Positions 34,701 to 45,543 of a stretch of DNA of 64,000 nucleotides are shown in pieces. Every line of letters starts with the position of its first letter. Within the stretch, counting starts at the first letter, position 1. Below the pieces are notes generated by a model. The model was not told the origin of the DNA and did no database searches. It worked only from the letters and a program-made list of their open reading frames with translations. Origin of the DNA: Catajapyx aquilonaris (taxonomy: Eukaryota); NCBI GenBank assembly GCA_000934665.2, contig JYFJ02001510.1, positions 1 through 64,000 of the forward strand, in the 5' to 3' direction. The position numbers and the translations under genes were made by a program.

Positions 34701-36588
34701 AACCGATCCGCAAATCTAGCAATTATTGTCACATTACATTACCACGGTGACACTGTAAGCCTACGCATTAAATAAATGCTTCGACCTGAAAAGGTCAAAA
34801 GCGAACCACTCATGTTACCCGCGTGGGCAGGAGCGCAGTTGTACTGTACGTACTTATCACTGAACAACTACGCCTGGGTTTGAATTTCAGCACTTCGTCA
34901 TAATATATTATTGAGATTATCCTACTCGCTTCAGCCTTAATTGAAAATTAATATCAGTTCACTCAAACTCAATACATGTCAAGTCGCCGGTCTACGAACG
35001 GGCCGGGTTACGTTCCTAAAAATGTGCGTAAGTCGGATTTGTACGTAACTCGGATCCCTGAGGAACAGCTCATACAGAGAGTAAAGATGCTGCTCATGTG
35101 TGCCTGTTTACATGCGCGAAGAACGTAGTTGCCCAATTATTTATTAATTATACAATATTTATGTTTAACTTGTCGGTCACCTTATACGCAGAAGTGATTA
35201 AAAATGGAGGAATAATTATAAATTTTCCTTCCGTGGAACCTTGGGAGCCCGTTCGTAAGTATAATTTTTTTTTTTTTCATTACCCCACGGGGGGAGTTAT
35301 ACTACTCCTTAGGGGGGGTGGGTTGCCACCTTTGGAATTTGTTTTGGAGCGAGTTTAAGAAGAATCTTAATTAGTATGCTCCAAGGGTGGGTGGGAGGGG
35401 ATGTGCAAAGTGCAAGTGCAATGTCTCTAATCGTCATTTTGTGAACTCCCCCGGGTGGCTTAGTCTGCCGGAAATTGCCACCCGAAACGAAGCCAGAGAT
35501 GGCCCAACTCTGCACGAAAGAAGGTGGGAACCCCGGGTGGGGATTGAACCCGGGACCTTAACTTCCGTGGGCGCGCGCGTTACCGCGGCGCCACTCCGTC
35601 TCCCCGTTCGTAAGTATAATACGCCTAGTCTACCGATCTCCGTAAGTCGAGTCGTTCGTAAACCGGAGCCTACCTGTATTTCAAAAACTTTCTGAATGCA
35701 TCATGACACTTCTTCTGTTACGCCACAACATGTCCCGAGTGATTTCTTTCCGCTATAAGCTGCTTGTTAATTCAACGGCAACTTTAACGAGTCATCAAAA
35801 TATTGCCTACGCTCGTATTATTCATTCCGATACTGAATTTCAATATACAGTATTTTTTTACAACCCCAAGGTATTGCCGGTGATCCATTTTATTGCAGTA
35901 CAAATATTTTCAAACCGGTTTTTAAAATATCTCCAATTCCTATATTGATATGCCAACGAATTTTGATAATCCTAACATAACTCTTCAAAGGTTAATACGC
36001 GGCTTAATGAGAGAGAAAAAAGTCTCCAATTCAGTGAAACTGCCACCTGAACTGGAGCGCAATGCATAATCCCATACGAGTCCAATATCGGTCGAACCAC
36101 ACCCCATTGTTTACATCCCTCCCAGAAACAAATAGTGGCACGTGCAGGTGCGTCCTCCCAAGCATATGAACTTCCGCGTTCATGAGGTGACATGTGGACA
36201 AGACCCGTCCAGTATGTTCCACAGGAGGGGAAACTTGAGCTCCATCGATCGGATCTTACATCCAGGTGAAGGAATAGTCTATCCTTCCACTATTGTGTAA
36301 ACGGGTCGACCCACCTGAATATTGCATGGATGCTATCAGGCCATAGGAAGGGTCCAGCACCGGGTGGTCCACCCTGACTGCCACCCCTTCCTTCTCCCCT
36401 GAGGAGGCGGCGGTGGTCAGCAAGTGGTGCTGTTGCTGGCTGCCGTCCTGAGACCACGAGGCGCAACCCGGGGCAGCAGGAGGCAACCGGGGCGGCCTCG
36501 GGGTGCTCGACATGGCTGCTCCTAAGGGCCACCATAGCAGGGGCAGCACTTGAAGCAAGGCAGCTGCCGCCGCCGCCTCCCGAGTCAT
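16783..36588 (-). CDS. Large type-I membrane protein: signal peptide, multiple CUB domains, two C-type lectin domains, three EGF repeats, TM helix, ~830-aa Ser/Pro-rich cytoplasmic tail (~2,380 aa)
   Basis: Eighteen phase-compatible exons: 36588-36315, 30765-30436, 27509-27151, 26899-26172, 25849-25749, 25685-25241, 25178-24857, 24770-24605, 24117-23676, 23386-22882, 22566-22122, 22039-21491, 20792-20574, 19746-19469, 19149-18181, 18049-17238, 17054-16947 and 16879-16783. The total is 7149 nt, a multiple of 3. CUB motifs: TSPGYPSPYP..C, SSPNFP, CLYDYIE, FHSDWSVSGSGF. CTL motifs: WIGASD..EG.FRW, WNDAHC, FWLGA...WRWTDGS. EGF motifs: CSNGGRC, CxC.PGFSG..C. TM: FWLGLITVTAVLAAIGLVWCL-KRH. The 5' exons are less certain. 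Confidence 0.85.
34975..35676. mobile_element. Degenerate pogo/Tigger-like non-autonomous DNA transposon, interrupted by a SINE
   Basis: Imperfect TIRs TA|CATGTCAAGTCGCCGGTCTACGAACG ... CGTTCGTAAACCGGAGCCTACCTG|TA, and internal CGTAAGTCG subrepeats typical of Tigger-like ends. Confidence 0.6.
35266..35602 (-). mobile_element. tRNA-derived SINE (family A)
   Basis: The minus-strand head has an A-box TGGCGCCGCGG and a B-box GGTTCAATCC, and there is a poly(A) tail. A perfect 18-bp TSD CCCGTTCGTAAGTATAAT lies at 35248-35265 and 35603-35620. Confidence 0.88.
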
Positions 36589-39500
36589 GGCCCTCCGTTT
36601 GGAGGAGGGATGACACTTCCGACGCCCTCGACGCTCCTAGACTGAATGTTCCCGGGGCTGGCTGGCTTGGCTGTCAGGGGCAAACCCCCCACTCCAGTTC
36701 CTTGGCTGACTGCGCACAACGGCCGCGGACTTCCTGCGCGACAAAACCGCACTTCATCAATGTCGACCACCCAATCATGATTTATACGCTCCTTTCGGCG
36801 ATCCGGTTTCAGCGCGCCGACGGCAATAATTATTCTCGCGTTTGGTTAGGAGAGGAAAAGCCATGGTTGGGAAGATGCATTGTTGCCTGTCGAGGCTGCT
36901 GGGAGAGTCGATTTGCCAGCGATGGCTCTCGGCGTCTGCATGAGCTTACTGCGCAGCGGACCAGCAGCAGGGAAGGGCCAAAGACCCGGTATTTGGGACC
37001 AAGGTCATATGGGACAGAGAATAAAGGTGAAAGGTTGATGTTGTTTTCTTGCACTCGGGGATTTTAGGGGGTGAGCAGAGGGGATTCACCTATGGGCTCT
37101 CAGGTGGAATCCCGGATTAACCTGAGGCGAGTTCTAAGGGAGCACTTCAGTTACAGTGCGGATTATTTGCCTCTCTAGGCTTGCATCCTGGAGAAACCCT
37201 TATTGGAATAGTTTCCTGGGAATAAGCCTTTCCAAGGGAGATGCAGTTTCAGGGCTAAAGCAGACGACGTACGGTGCATGTCTCCAGTTCAAGAGGAAGG
37301 TAGGAGAGAAGGTTGGGCATTGTTATCTCAGCAAGTAGCTTTCAGAGAAACACTGTTGGATGTAACATCAATCGGAGACATATTGTCATTTGTTGTTTCT
37401 GATTGCTGGAGAGTACACAATCCACAATTTACTCATCTACATCAAAATGGACTGGTAATTATTATCACCAGACAGGATAATTTAAGCAATTGCTAACATG
37501 TATGGGTTGTTCATATGGTTGTCGCTGTCATTTCTCATTATGCCAGCCAGAATGGGCGTTTACGATGTCCAGGAGATCTCACTGCATTGAGAGCGAATAG
37601 TTATCTGACCTCTGGGTAACATCTTCCATGGGGGTAGTCTCTTTAGTTTAAATCTTCAGAGTACACACAGACAGTGCCTCCGGGGCTCCCGGGTCGCCTT
37701 GTGGTCCACTGGCCTTCTGGACCCCCCAGCGTACACTTTCCCCGTGTGTGACTACCCCAGCGCCCGTTGAATTATACACGCCATGTAATGCAAACAGACC
37801 TGAAATAAAAGATTGCAATATTCATCTTCGCCATCTGGCTATAAGCCAGTCACCCTACACATATAATTTGCGCCTGTAACATATAGCAGCATCCAATTTT
37901 TCATCGCACATTTGTGGCATTAGATTTATTGGACCATCAAGGAGTAAGGGCGTAACTTTAATGCTGCAGTATCTGGACCAGAAGGAGTTTCTTTCTGCTA
38001 ACAATACGTCTTCAGCCATTTGGCCTTCTCCATTCCATTCTTTCCAAAAGAAAAGAAGAAAGAGGCAAGACCGAGATCTTTTTCCCACCCGGAAGTTCGG
38101 GGACATGTCCTCTTACAGTAGCTCTCGGGATGCTGCCGGACGCCTACGCCTCGTATCTTTCGGCTAGACGCCTGCCTCGGTCGCTGCACTGACAATGACG
38201 TAAGCTGAAGGGGTGGATAATGGAATTTCGTTGCATCCCTTTTAAAAGACGTTGAAATCCTTACGGCTTATGCTCTTGGAGGAATTAGTCTTCTTCCACC
38301 ACATGTATGGGTTGCATCTTGGGTTGCATCTTATCCGAGTTCATATTATCGGGTTTTACTGCCATTTCATTTGAGATTTTGAGGCAACTACCCAAGCAAC
38401 TACCAATGGAATCGTAAGGACATGACCTAGAGGTCTCCTGAAAAATAGAGCTGTTCAAATATGTAGGCTACAACTGTACAGATTAGTCGTGAGCTGTAAG
38501 ACGCCATTCAGACCAACCAATCATTTTTTAATCTTATTTGCCCCTGAGAGCTGATTTTCATTTAGGGAGAAGACTGTCAATAGATTAATCTCTCTGACAG
38601 TCATGGTGAGTCTCTTGTGACCTCACAGTAGATTTATATCCTGAGGTTGCATGAGACTTAACTTGCAGTATCTGGCATTATTTTTATGGATAGGTTGTAG
38701 GTACGAGTATAACATTTCGGTACGGTACTCATACATGAAAATCATGAAATCTTAATCACTCTGTGATCAATGACCGCTTTTCATCTAGGAGAGGAACAGG
38801 TTCTGAACCTTCATTTTCTATCATTAGGCTACTTACTTAATATATCTATCAAAATATGTTCAAAGCAGGTGTATCACTTGGCACCTACTGTACAGTACTG
38901 GCAAGTGATAGAAAATAATATTATTATACTATTTTTAGGTAGCTTCCCAACATTGGCAGTTAACAGAAGAATGTGAGCCTTTTGGCCCAGACCCATAACT
39001 AACTAGTTGTGAAACTGAACTTATTAAACTTCGCATTTATTTTCCTTGGCGGCTTTTTGTCATTCACGGGATACTTGGTTGAAATGCAAATTCGTTGCCT
39101 TCATATTTCCTGACAGCTAGCACCTGTTTTCACTCCCAAACATTTTGGGAAAATCAGCTGCCAAACTGATGATTGTCAGTTTGTCTTTCTCTATGTTATT
39201 AAGTGTTCTTTTTATGTGATAAATATTTGATTTAAATTTTTTTTCATGCAATAGGCCTATCACTTCCCAAATGAGAAGAAAAATGTGCTCCAGAAATCAA
39301 TTCTGTAGAATTTGTGGAATGACAATGTCTATCAGGGAGTCATTTTATCAGACAGTTACACTGACTGTGAGTGCTCCAATATGATGCTGACATTAGGACC
39401 TGACCATCAAAAGATACCTTCTGTAGAGGTGTCCCTTGATCTTTTCAGCCTAATTTCTGACATAATATTAGCATCATACAGAGACAGTATTACATTGGTC

Positions 39501-40211
39501 CAATGTGAAAGTGGTATACCACTGCCATCCAGGTCACCAGGAGCTAGGCTGCTGCAGGGTTTGGTTTGATTTATTCGGAAGAAGCCAAAGCAACTGTGGC
39601 TATCTGGCTATGGAAGCTGCTGCAGGGCAAGACTCTGACTTCCTTACAGCCCCACCTAGTCTCCTTCCTTCCACAACCTAAAGGAGACTCGTCACTTTTG
39701 ACAATGACTTATATACCTTGTACGTACACATACTCCTATAAGTACACAGTAACACTACCAAAGCACTCTTATCACTTTCTTAAGAATATTGGGTAAGTCA
39801 CTTTTGTCCTGCCTTCTCCAAGAGTCTTCTGGCAAATCTATTTGAGTAAACCATTTCACTAAGAAGTTCCAAGCACACCAAATCACAGCTCAAGGAAAAT
39901 AAACAACGTCGGCCTCTCTCTATTCCTTGATTCCGTCACCTACTCCTTCCCCCCCCCCCTGCCCCCACAACGCGCTGCACCTTGTGGCAGGATGGCCTAT
40001 TTCATCAGTCATGAGACTCATGACACAGCATATGAGACTTCCTACCTTGGCTACTGCCTGAGGTAGTGATCTCACTTGTATGGGATCAATCACATGAACC
40101 CAAGCATGCACCTTTATTGTTATCATATTTAGCTGCACATGACATTCTTGCTGAAATTGGAATTGGGATGGGAAGAGAGATGGGAAGCACTAATGAAATG
40201 ATTTAGAGCCA

Positions 40212-40663
40212 CCGAAGCAGTAGTGGCGGAGTGGATTTGGTATCCGACTGCTAATCGGGAGGTCCTGGGTTCGAGTCCCGGCGGCCGGCAGTCCTGACCT
40301 TGGTTTTCTGTGGTTTTCCAAGGTCGCCCCAGAAAGAATTTCCGGGATCGTACCGTAAAATAGGCCACAGCCTTCCTTTCCTATCCTTGTCCTGTCCTTG
40401 AGGAGGCGTGGTGTCGGTGGGGGGTTTCTGACCCGCACCTAGGGGGGTGTCTTGCAGCTTGGCCCCCTGGGGGACTGCACACGACCCCCAATTTCCGACA
40501 TTGCACTTGCACCCGTATCCCCCCCTCACAAATCCCTATCCTGACCCCTGCACCGGAGAGGAAAAAATGCGATAAATTTCGTAAGAAAAAATGGTGGTAA
40601 CCCACCCCCCAAGGGCTCTGTTCCCTGTAATGGGGTAAAACTTAAAAAAAAAAAAAAGAAGAA
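40212..40663 (+). mobile_element. tRNA-derived SINE (family B; head resembles tRNA-Ser GCT)
   Basis: A-box TGGCGGAGTGG, anticodon-arm-like GACTGCTAATC, B-box GGTTCGAGTCC, a central GGTTTTCTGTGGTTTTCC..GGGATCGTACC..AGGCCACAGCC block recalled from insect SINEs, and an A-rich tail. The 12-bp TSD GATTTAGAGCCA lies at 40200-40211 and 40664-40675. Confidence 0.88.
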
Positions 40664-41384
40664 GATTTAGAGCCATTTCAGACATCTTGATTCACAGGCC
40701 TACGAAGCACTCAGGAGACGAAGGAGTGCAAATCTGCCTAGACAAATAGTGGAAAAACATAAAAAGTGGGAAAAGGTGTGATCAAGCTCAGAATACAGGA
40801 ATGAAAGAACCCTGAACCACGCATCTGGCTGGCCAGTGGCACTAGACCACTGTCCCTATGAAATACCTGCATATCACTATCAGAGACTTCGTTCCTGTAT
40901 CTAAGAAGTTGCCTTTTTCCCCCACAGCATGATTTACATTTCTTGTATAAGAGAACAGGATACTTAATGAATATGCTACGCTACCATAAATGACACTGCA
41001 ATGAATCCTTCTGAAATTTTTTTATTGCAACAAATGTTCCAACTATTTAAAAAACTTCAGGTAAACATCTCAACTCTAAGGGCACACAACCACATGGTCT
41101 TTTCCATAGTTCATTTTACATTCATCAAAAGTCACTTCTCATCACAATGTAAGGAAGAAATTAAACTGGGAAATCAAGTGAATTGCCGCACACTTCACAT
41201 AATCTCTTTAGTCTGTCAGTTTTACGGGGCTACGACCAAAGTCTTTAAAAATAAAAATAAAGAAAAACAAACACACGCCACATAACCTCACAAAATTTGT
41301 CTACCTTGAGCGTCATTTGTCAGTGAAATATTTTCTTTCCAATGTCTCCAATCCCAACATTTAGACTTTCCTTTCATACTTGAT

Positions 41385-44300
41385 TCAGTCATCTGATCCC
41401 ATGCCTCGCTTTGCCTTTCTTTGCCGTGGACTTTGATGAGGTGAACCAGTCTTTTCTAGAAGAGAAGATGAATAAATATAAGCATTTCACCAATGCAAGT
41501 ACAATAATACAGGTGGAGTCCCGATGATTGTCATCAGGCCTTTGGTAATCCAATATGCTGCTAGTCTGGCATTATATCATCATAATTACATTGTTCTGCA
41601 GTGCATGCATATCACACTAAAGGATTTATGTATGTGTATTGCTTCACCTTACTTTACTCAAATACAATATAACCCATGGTAACCATCAACTGCTCAAATG
41701 GAAAAGACAGGATGAGTTTTAGTAGCCAAATTATTTAGAATAGCCTCAATATGACCACCTGTCAGTTAAAACTTGGACCTGCCAGAAAAGTTTTGGCCAC
41801 ATGTTTCTGGCAAAATGTAACCATCAGCACTTCTCTAAGGTATCATGTATGGAAAAAAAAGACAGAAGGAACGAAAAAAGACAAAATCTGATACATGGTC
41901 CAACAGTCCCTAAGAAAACCTGCAAGGTACCATCAGGCAACAAGCCTGCAGAACAATACCACCTTGTATCTGTTTCATTAATTTTGCATAATACTTATAA
42001 CTACAGAGTTGCAATAACCAAGTCCGGATCGGAATAGTCACAGATGTTAAATCTCTTGACATAAGGCTCCTTGAAATTATTTTCATTCTTAACCTTATCT
42101 TGATTCTGAACCTATGATGTTTGCTTTGTGACTTGCTTTTAAGGTTTGCCAGTGTTGTATTACAAAACCGTAGATGATTCCAATGATACATAAATGTAGT
42201 GCACCAACATTATTCTAAATTTGCCTCAGTCAGGCTATGCTAATGATTTTACATGTTCCAAGTGATGCCAATCTCGTTTATGTAATGGTTGGTATGGTTT
42301 TACATCCATACTCCAGGGAATAATTTAATGATTTGGTAAAAGTGATCACTCTCTTCCTGACATGTCAAAAGAGATGATGCTTTTAAAATTAGTCTTCAGG
42401 GTCATAAACAATAACTACAGGAACTTACTGATTTTCTTGAGATGCTCCTTAGGGATCCAATCATAGTCGACTCCTCCTTTGGTGGGTGCCTTGGTTTCAG
42501 GGCGTTTCCCTCCCCTCCTTCCCAGAGAGGCCAATCCCTGCTGTCCCAGGACAAGCAACAGAAGGACACAGGCAGCCAAAAATAGGTATAAGAAGAATGT
42601 CTCCCCATCCAGACCCTCCTCAAGCTCCACCACTTGGACTGTCTCGTTGAATACAGCTTCCTGGTATGCCATGCCCTCCTAAGAATTTAAATAGAGTTGG
42701 GTTTCATTAGCTTCATTTGATACTCTCATCATCAATGGGGAGAGTATTGCAACATCCCATCATTGCCCATATCTGTGTAAAGTGTCCCATTACTGTACTT
42801 TTGTGACTCTTTTGGAACTCTTCATTACCAAAAATTACATTAAAGGAGAATTTCAAAACTACAGTTGCTCATTGCAAGAGAACATTCTGACGATTCAGAA
42901 AAAAATTTAATCACACTGCAGATGTAATTATTATGGGTCATGTGACGATGTGAACTTGGAAAATTTGTTAAGTGTCCCATAACTGGATGGTTTACCCCTA
43001 CTTCATTTTCATGTAAAGGCTGTTTGGTAGCTTCTTCTTAGTGCACTGCACATGGTGGGCATCCAGGGGTTTCATAGTCAATTTTTGCATGAACACTGAA
43101 TCAGTTTACCACATCATGATAGTTGAGAAGTACAACGAGTCCAAAGGGTCGTCCAGAGAAGGCTTCTGATGGCAGGAAGGAATAGGCCAAGGTAGCATGT
43201 TGCATGGGGCGGACAGCCCTGTTGTAACCCAAGGCAGAGAAGTTCTGAATATGGAAGGTGAAGTCCATTGGGTAGCGGAAAGATGCCTCCAAGGTGTCCA
43301 GGACAAGCTCTTTATCCCCACGGTTGGCAAATCCTACCAAGAACTCCACAATCTGGCCAGCAGGCAACTCTGCAAATTTCATTATTCTTATTACCACCAC
43401 CATCATCATTGCTCAAATTGTGTGAAAGGCTTTCTGAAATGATAGCTAAGCCTTGGCCTCAGCTTTTGCACTTTCTGTGTGCTTGTACTAACAGTAAAAC
43501 TTATAAATGAAACTGTATGCACATTACTGATTACATAACACTTTGCCCAAAGCAATTTCATCCAACAACCACTTGGATCTCATCCAATAAAAGTTCACTC
43601 ACATACAATAATGTCCAATATAATTCTTGTCTAATGCACCTTGCAATAAAGCAGCTTTTAATTGTCATCTTTGGTCTACCCTCAGTGCTGCAACGTGGCA
43701 CGCGGTCTTTAGAGGAAAATCTTTAGACAACATATTCAAAATTCAGCTTAACCTTATTGTAGTGAATCCTGAGAAGGCAGTAATTCATTTCTGCAAACTT
43801 TTTCTAACGACAAAGTTGAATGAGATACACCGTAAGGTCCTATATTATGTTAGACCAGTTTCAGCAAATGATCAAACATGCAGAAGTCTAAGAGTCAAGC
43901 CTGATGTAACTCACTAAAAAGTTAATCTTACCAAGGTTGGCAGTTCCAGCTGGCTTTGTGAAGAGGACAGTAGTGTCAGCATCTGGTGAGGCCCCTATAA
44001 GTGGTCCTTCCTCTTCATCCCCTTCTCCGTCTGCCATTCCAGTGTCTCCATCTCCCTCAGTGTCCGTGTCTTCCTCTTGCTCCACATCTACGGCCTCTTC
44101 CTCTCCTTCCACCTCATCACTTGCAGCTGACACGAAAACTGGACTCCCAGCTGAAAATTTGCATCATGTGAATCAATATTCTAACAAAAACACGCTTGTA
44201 TGCTAGTACCAAATTACCCTAATAAAACTGGATGTCAGCAAATGGAAGGTTAACAAGATCCCTGTAAGAGCCAGCTTAGTGGCTATTACAGTAAACTAGT

Positions 44301-44813
44301 GTAAACTTTTGGCGGCCTGCCATTTGAAAAAAATCGTTCTGTACATGGCACACTGGTTTATTTTTAGAGCCACTTCCCTCCCATCTACATAACTATAAAA
44401 TAGTGTTTGTGACAATAACTGAAGTGGTTTTGGAGTTATTAAAAAACCAGATTAGACATAAGTAGGTTATTTCATTGCCGCAGTGTGTTCACCTGTAGCG
44501 TACACTGGATAGTTTTTCATAGACACTTGCTGCATGTCTTGGTAACATCTCACTTTCTCTTCACCCAGTGTGTGCACTGATGCATACAATTAAAAGGCGT
44601 CACCTTGATTATCACTGCTGCTCCCATAAAACTAAGGCAATTCGCTCCCTGACAACACCATGCAGTGTTCCTCGACCCAACGTGCAACAATCGGAGAACG
44701 CGCACCTTTCCCTGCAAGACCACGGAAGAAACCTGAGGATATTCACCTAGAGTGAGGATGGTAGGCAGTGCGAGCAGGACGAGCAGCCACAGATGAGTCA
44801 GTCTCCCCCACAT
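41385..44813 (-). CDS. SSR1: Translocon-associated protein subunit alpha (TRAP-alpha)
   Basis: Exons 44813-44747, 44150-43932, 43369-43110, 42678-42429 and 41455-41385 are in phase. They encode a signal peptide, an acidic stretch, ASPDADTTVLF, VEFLVGFAN, EASFRYPMDFTFHIQNFS, GRPFGL, AVFNETV, EGLDGETFFLYLFLA (TM), VDYDWIP and a C-terminal SPRQRKAKRGMGSDD. Confidence 0.95.
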
Positions 44814-45543
44814 GGTGCGGTCTGGTCGAGTGTGCTGCAGCAGGTACACGCGATGTGGACTCCCTCCGGCCGGTCTCACCTCTGTCCACTCTCACTAGTC
44901 CGGCAAGTAATCGGGGCCAACGCGGAACCCACGGCGTCTGATGTGGCACGAGTAGAAAGAGGCCCTTCGCACACCCGCCCACAGGAACAGTTGCGAAGGA
45001 CGCCTCGGATCAGACACAAGGAACGACGGACCGGCAATGTGCACGGCGCCATCTTGCCAAACCCGATTTATTAGCCTACGATTGGCCAGAGCTCCAACAT
45101 GGCCGACTTTTGCAATAATTTTACTTACATTTTAGCACAGGCTGTAATTACTCATTGTTGCATGCAGTTGTCATGTATTGTTCAGCTTTTTTGTGTTCAA
45201 AATAGGCTCTACCGGGCGTGTTTTGCACTGATTTGTGCGAGGAATGGCGGACCAGTTCTGGTTTCGGACCGCTCCCATTCGCACGTTTGCGATTCGCACT
45301 CTTCTTTCGCACATATTCCCCGCCCCTCGTTACTACCCCTCTTGTTGTATTAGCCCCCTCCGTACCCTCCCTTGCCTCCAATCCCCGAAGTGCAGCCCTC
45401 CCCCTGCCCGTGAGTCTGCTCGGCGAAGGGCACGGGGAGACAGACCCTGGGGCACACACTGGCACACAGGCCGTCGGCTGGGTAGGATCATTTTACGGGC
45501 GCATCTCCTCGACGTCTCCCCCTCCTGACACCCTGAACGTCCT
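44814..45543. promoter_or_regulatory. CpG-rich bidirectional promoter for SSR1 and the SPCA ATPase
   Basis: The divergent starts are 730 bp apart. Back-to-back YY1-like motifs (CAAGATGGCGCC on - at 45045-45056; CAACATGGCCGA on + at 45095-45106) flank ATTGG (reverse CCAAT) at 45081-45085. Confidence 0.65.

Noticed and set aside
36256..36314. Extending receptor exon 1 to the GTAAGA donor at 36259
   Set aside because: It gives phase 2, incompatible with the downstream phase-1 acceptors. The CAG|GTGGGT donor at 36314 fits.
37560..38200. Minus-strand ORF and strong acceptor near 37800, upstream of the receptor
   Set aside because: All frames after the acceptor close quickly and no consistent coding chain could be built. 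It may be UTR, but that is unsupported.
40212..40290. Possible tRNA-Ser(GCT) gene
   Set aside because: It has no paired acceptor stem or long variable arm, and it continues into a SINE body with A-tail and TSD.
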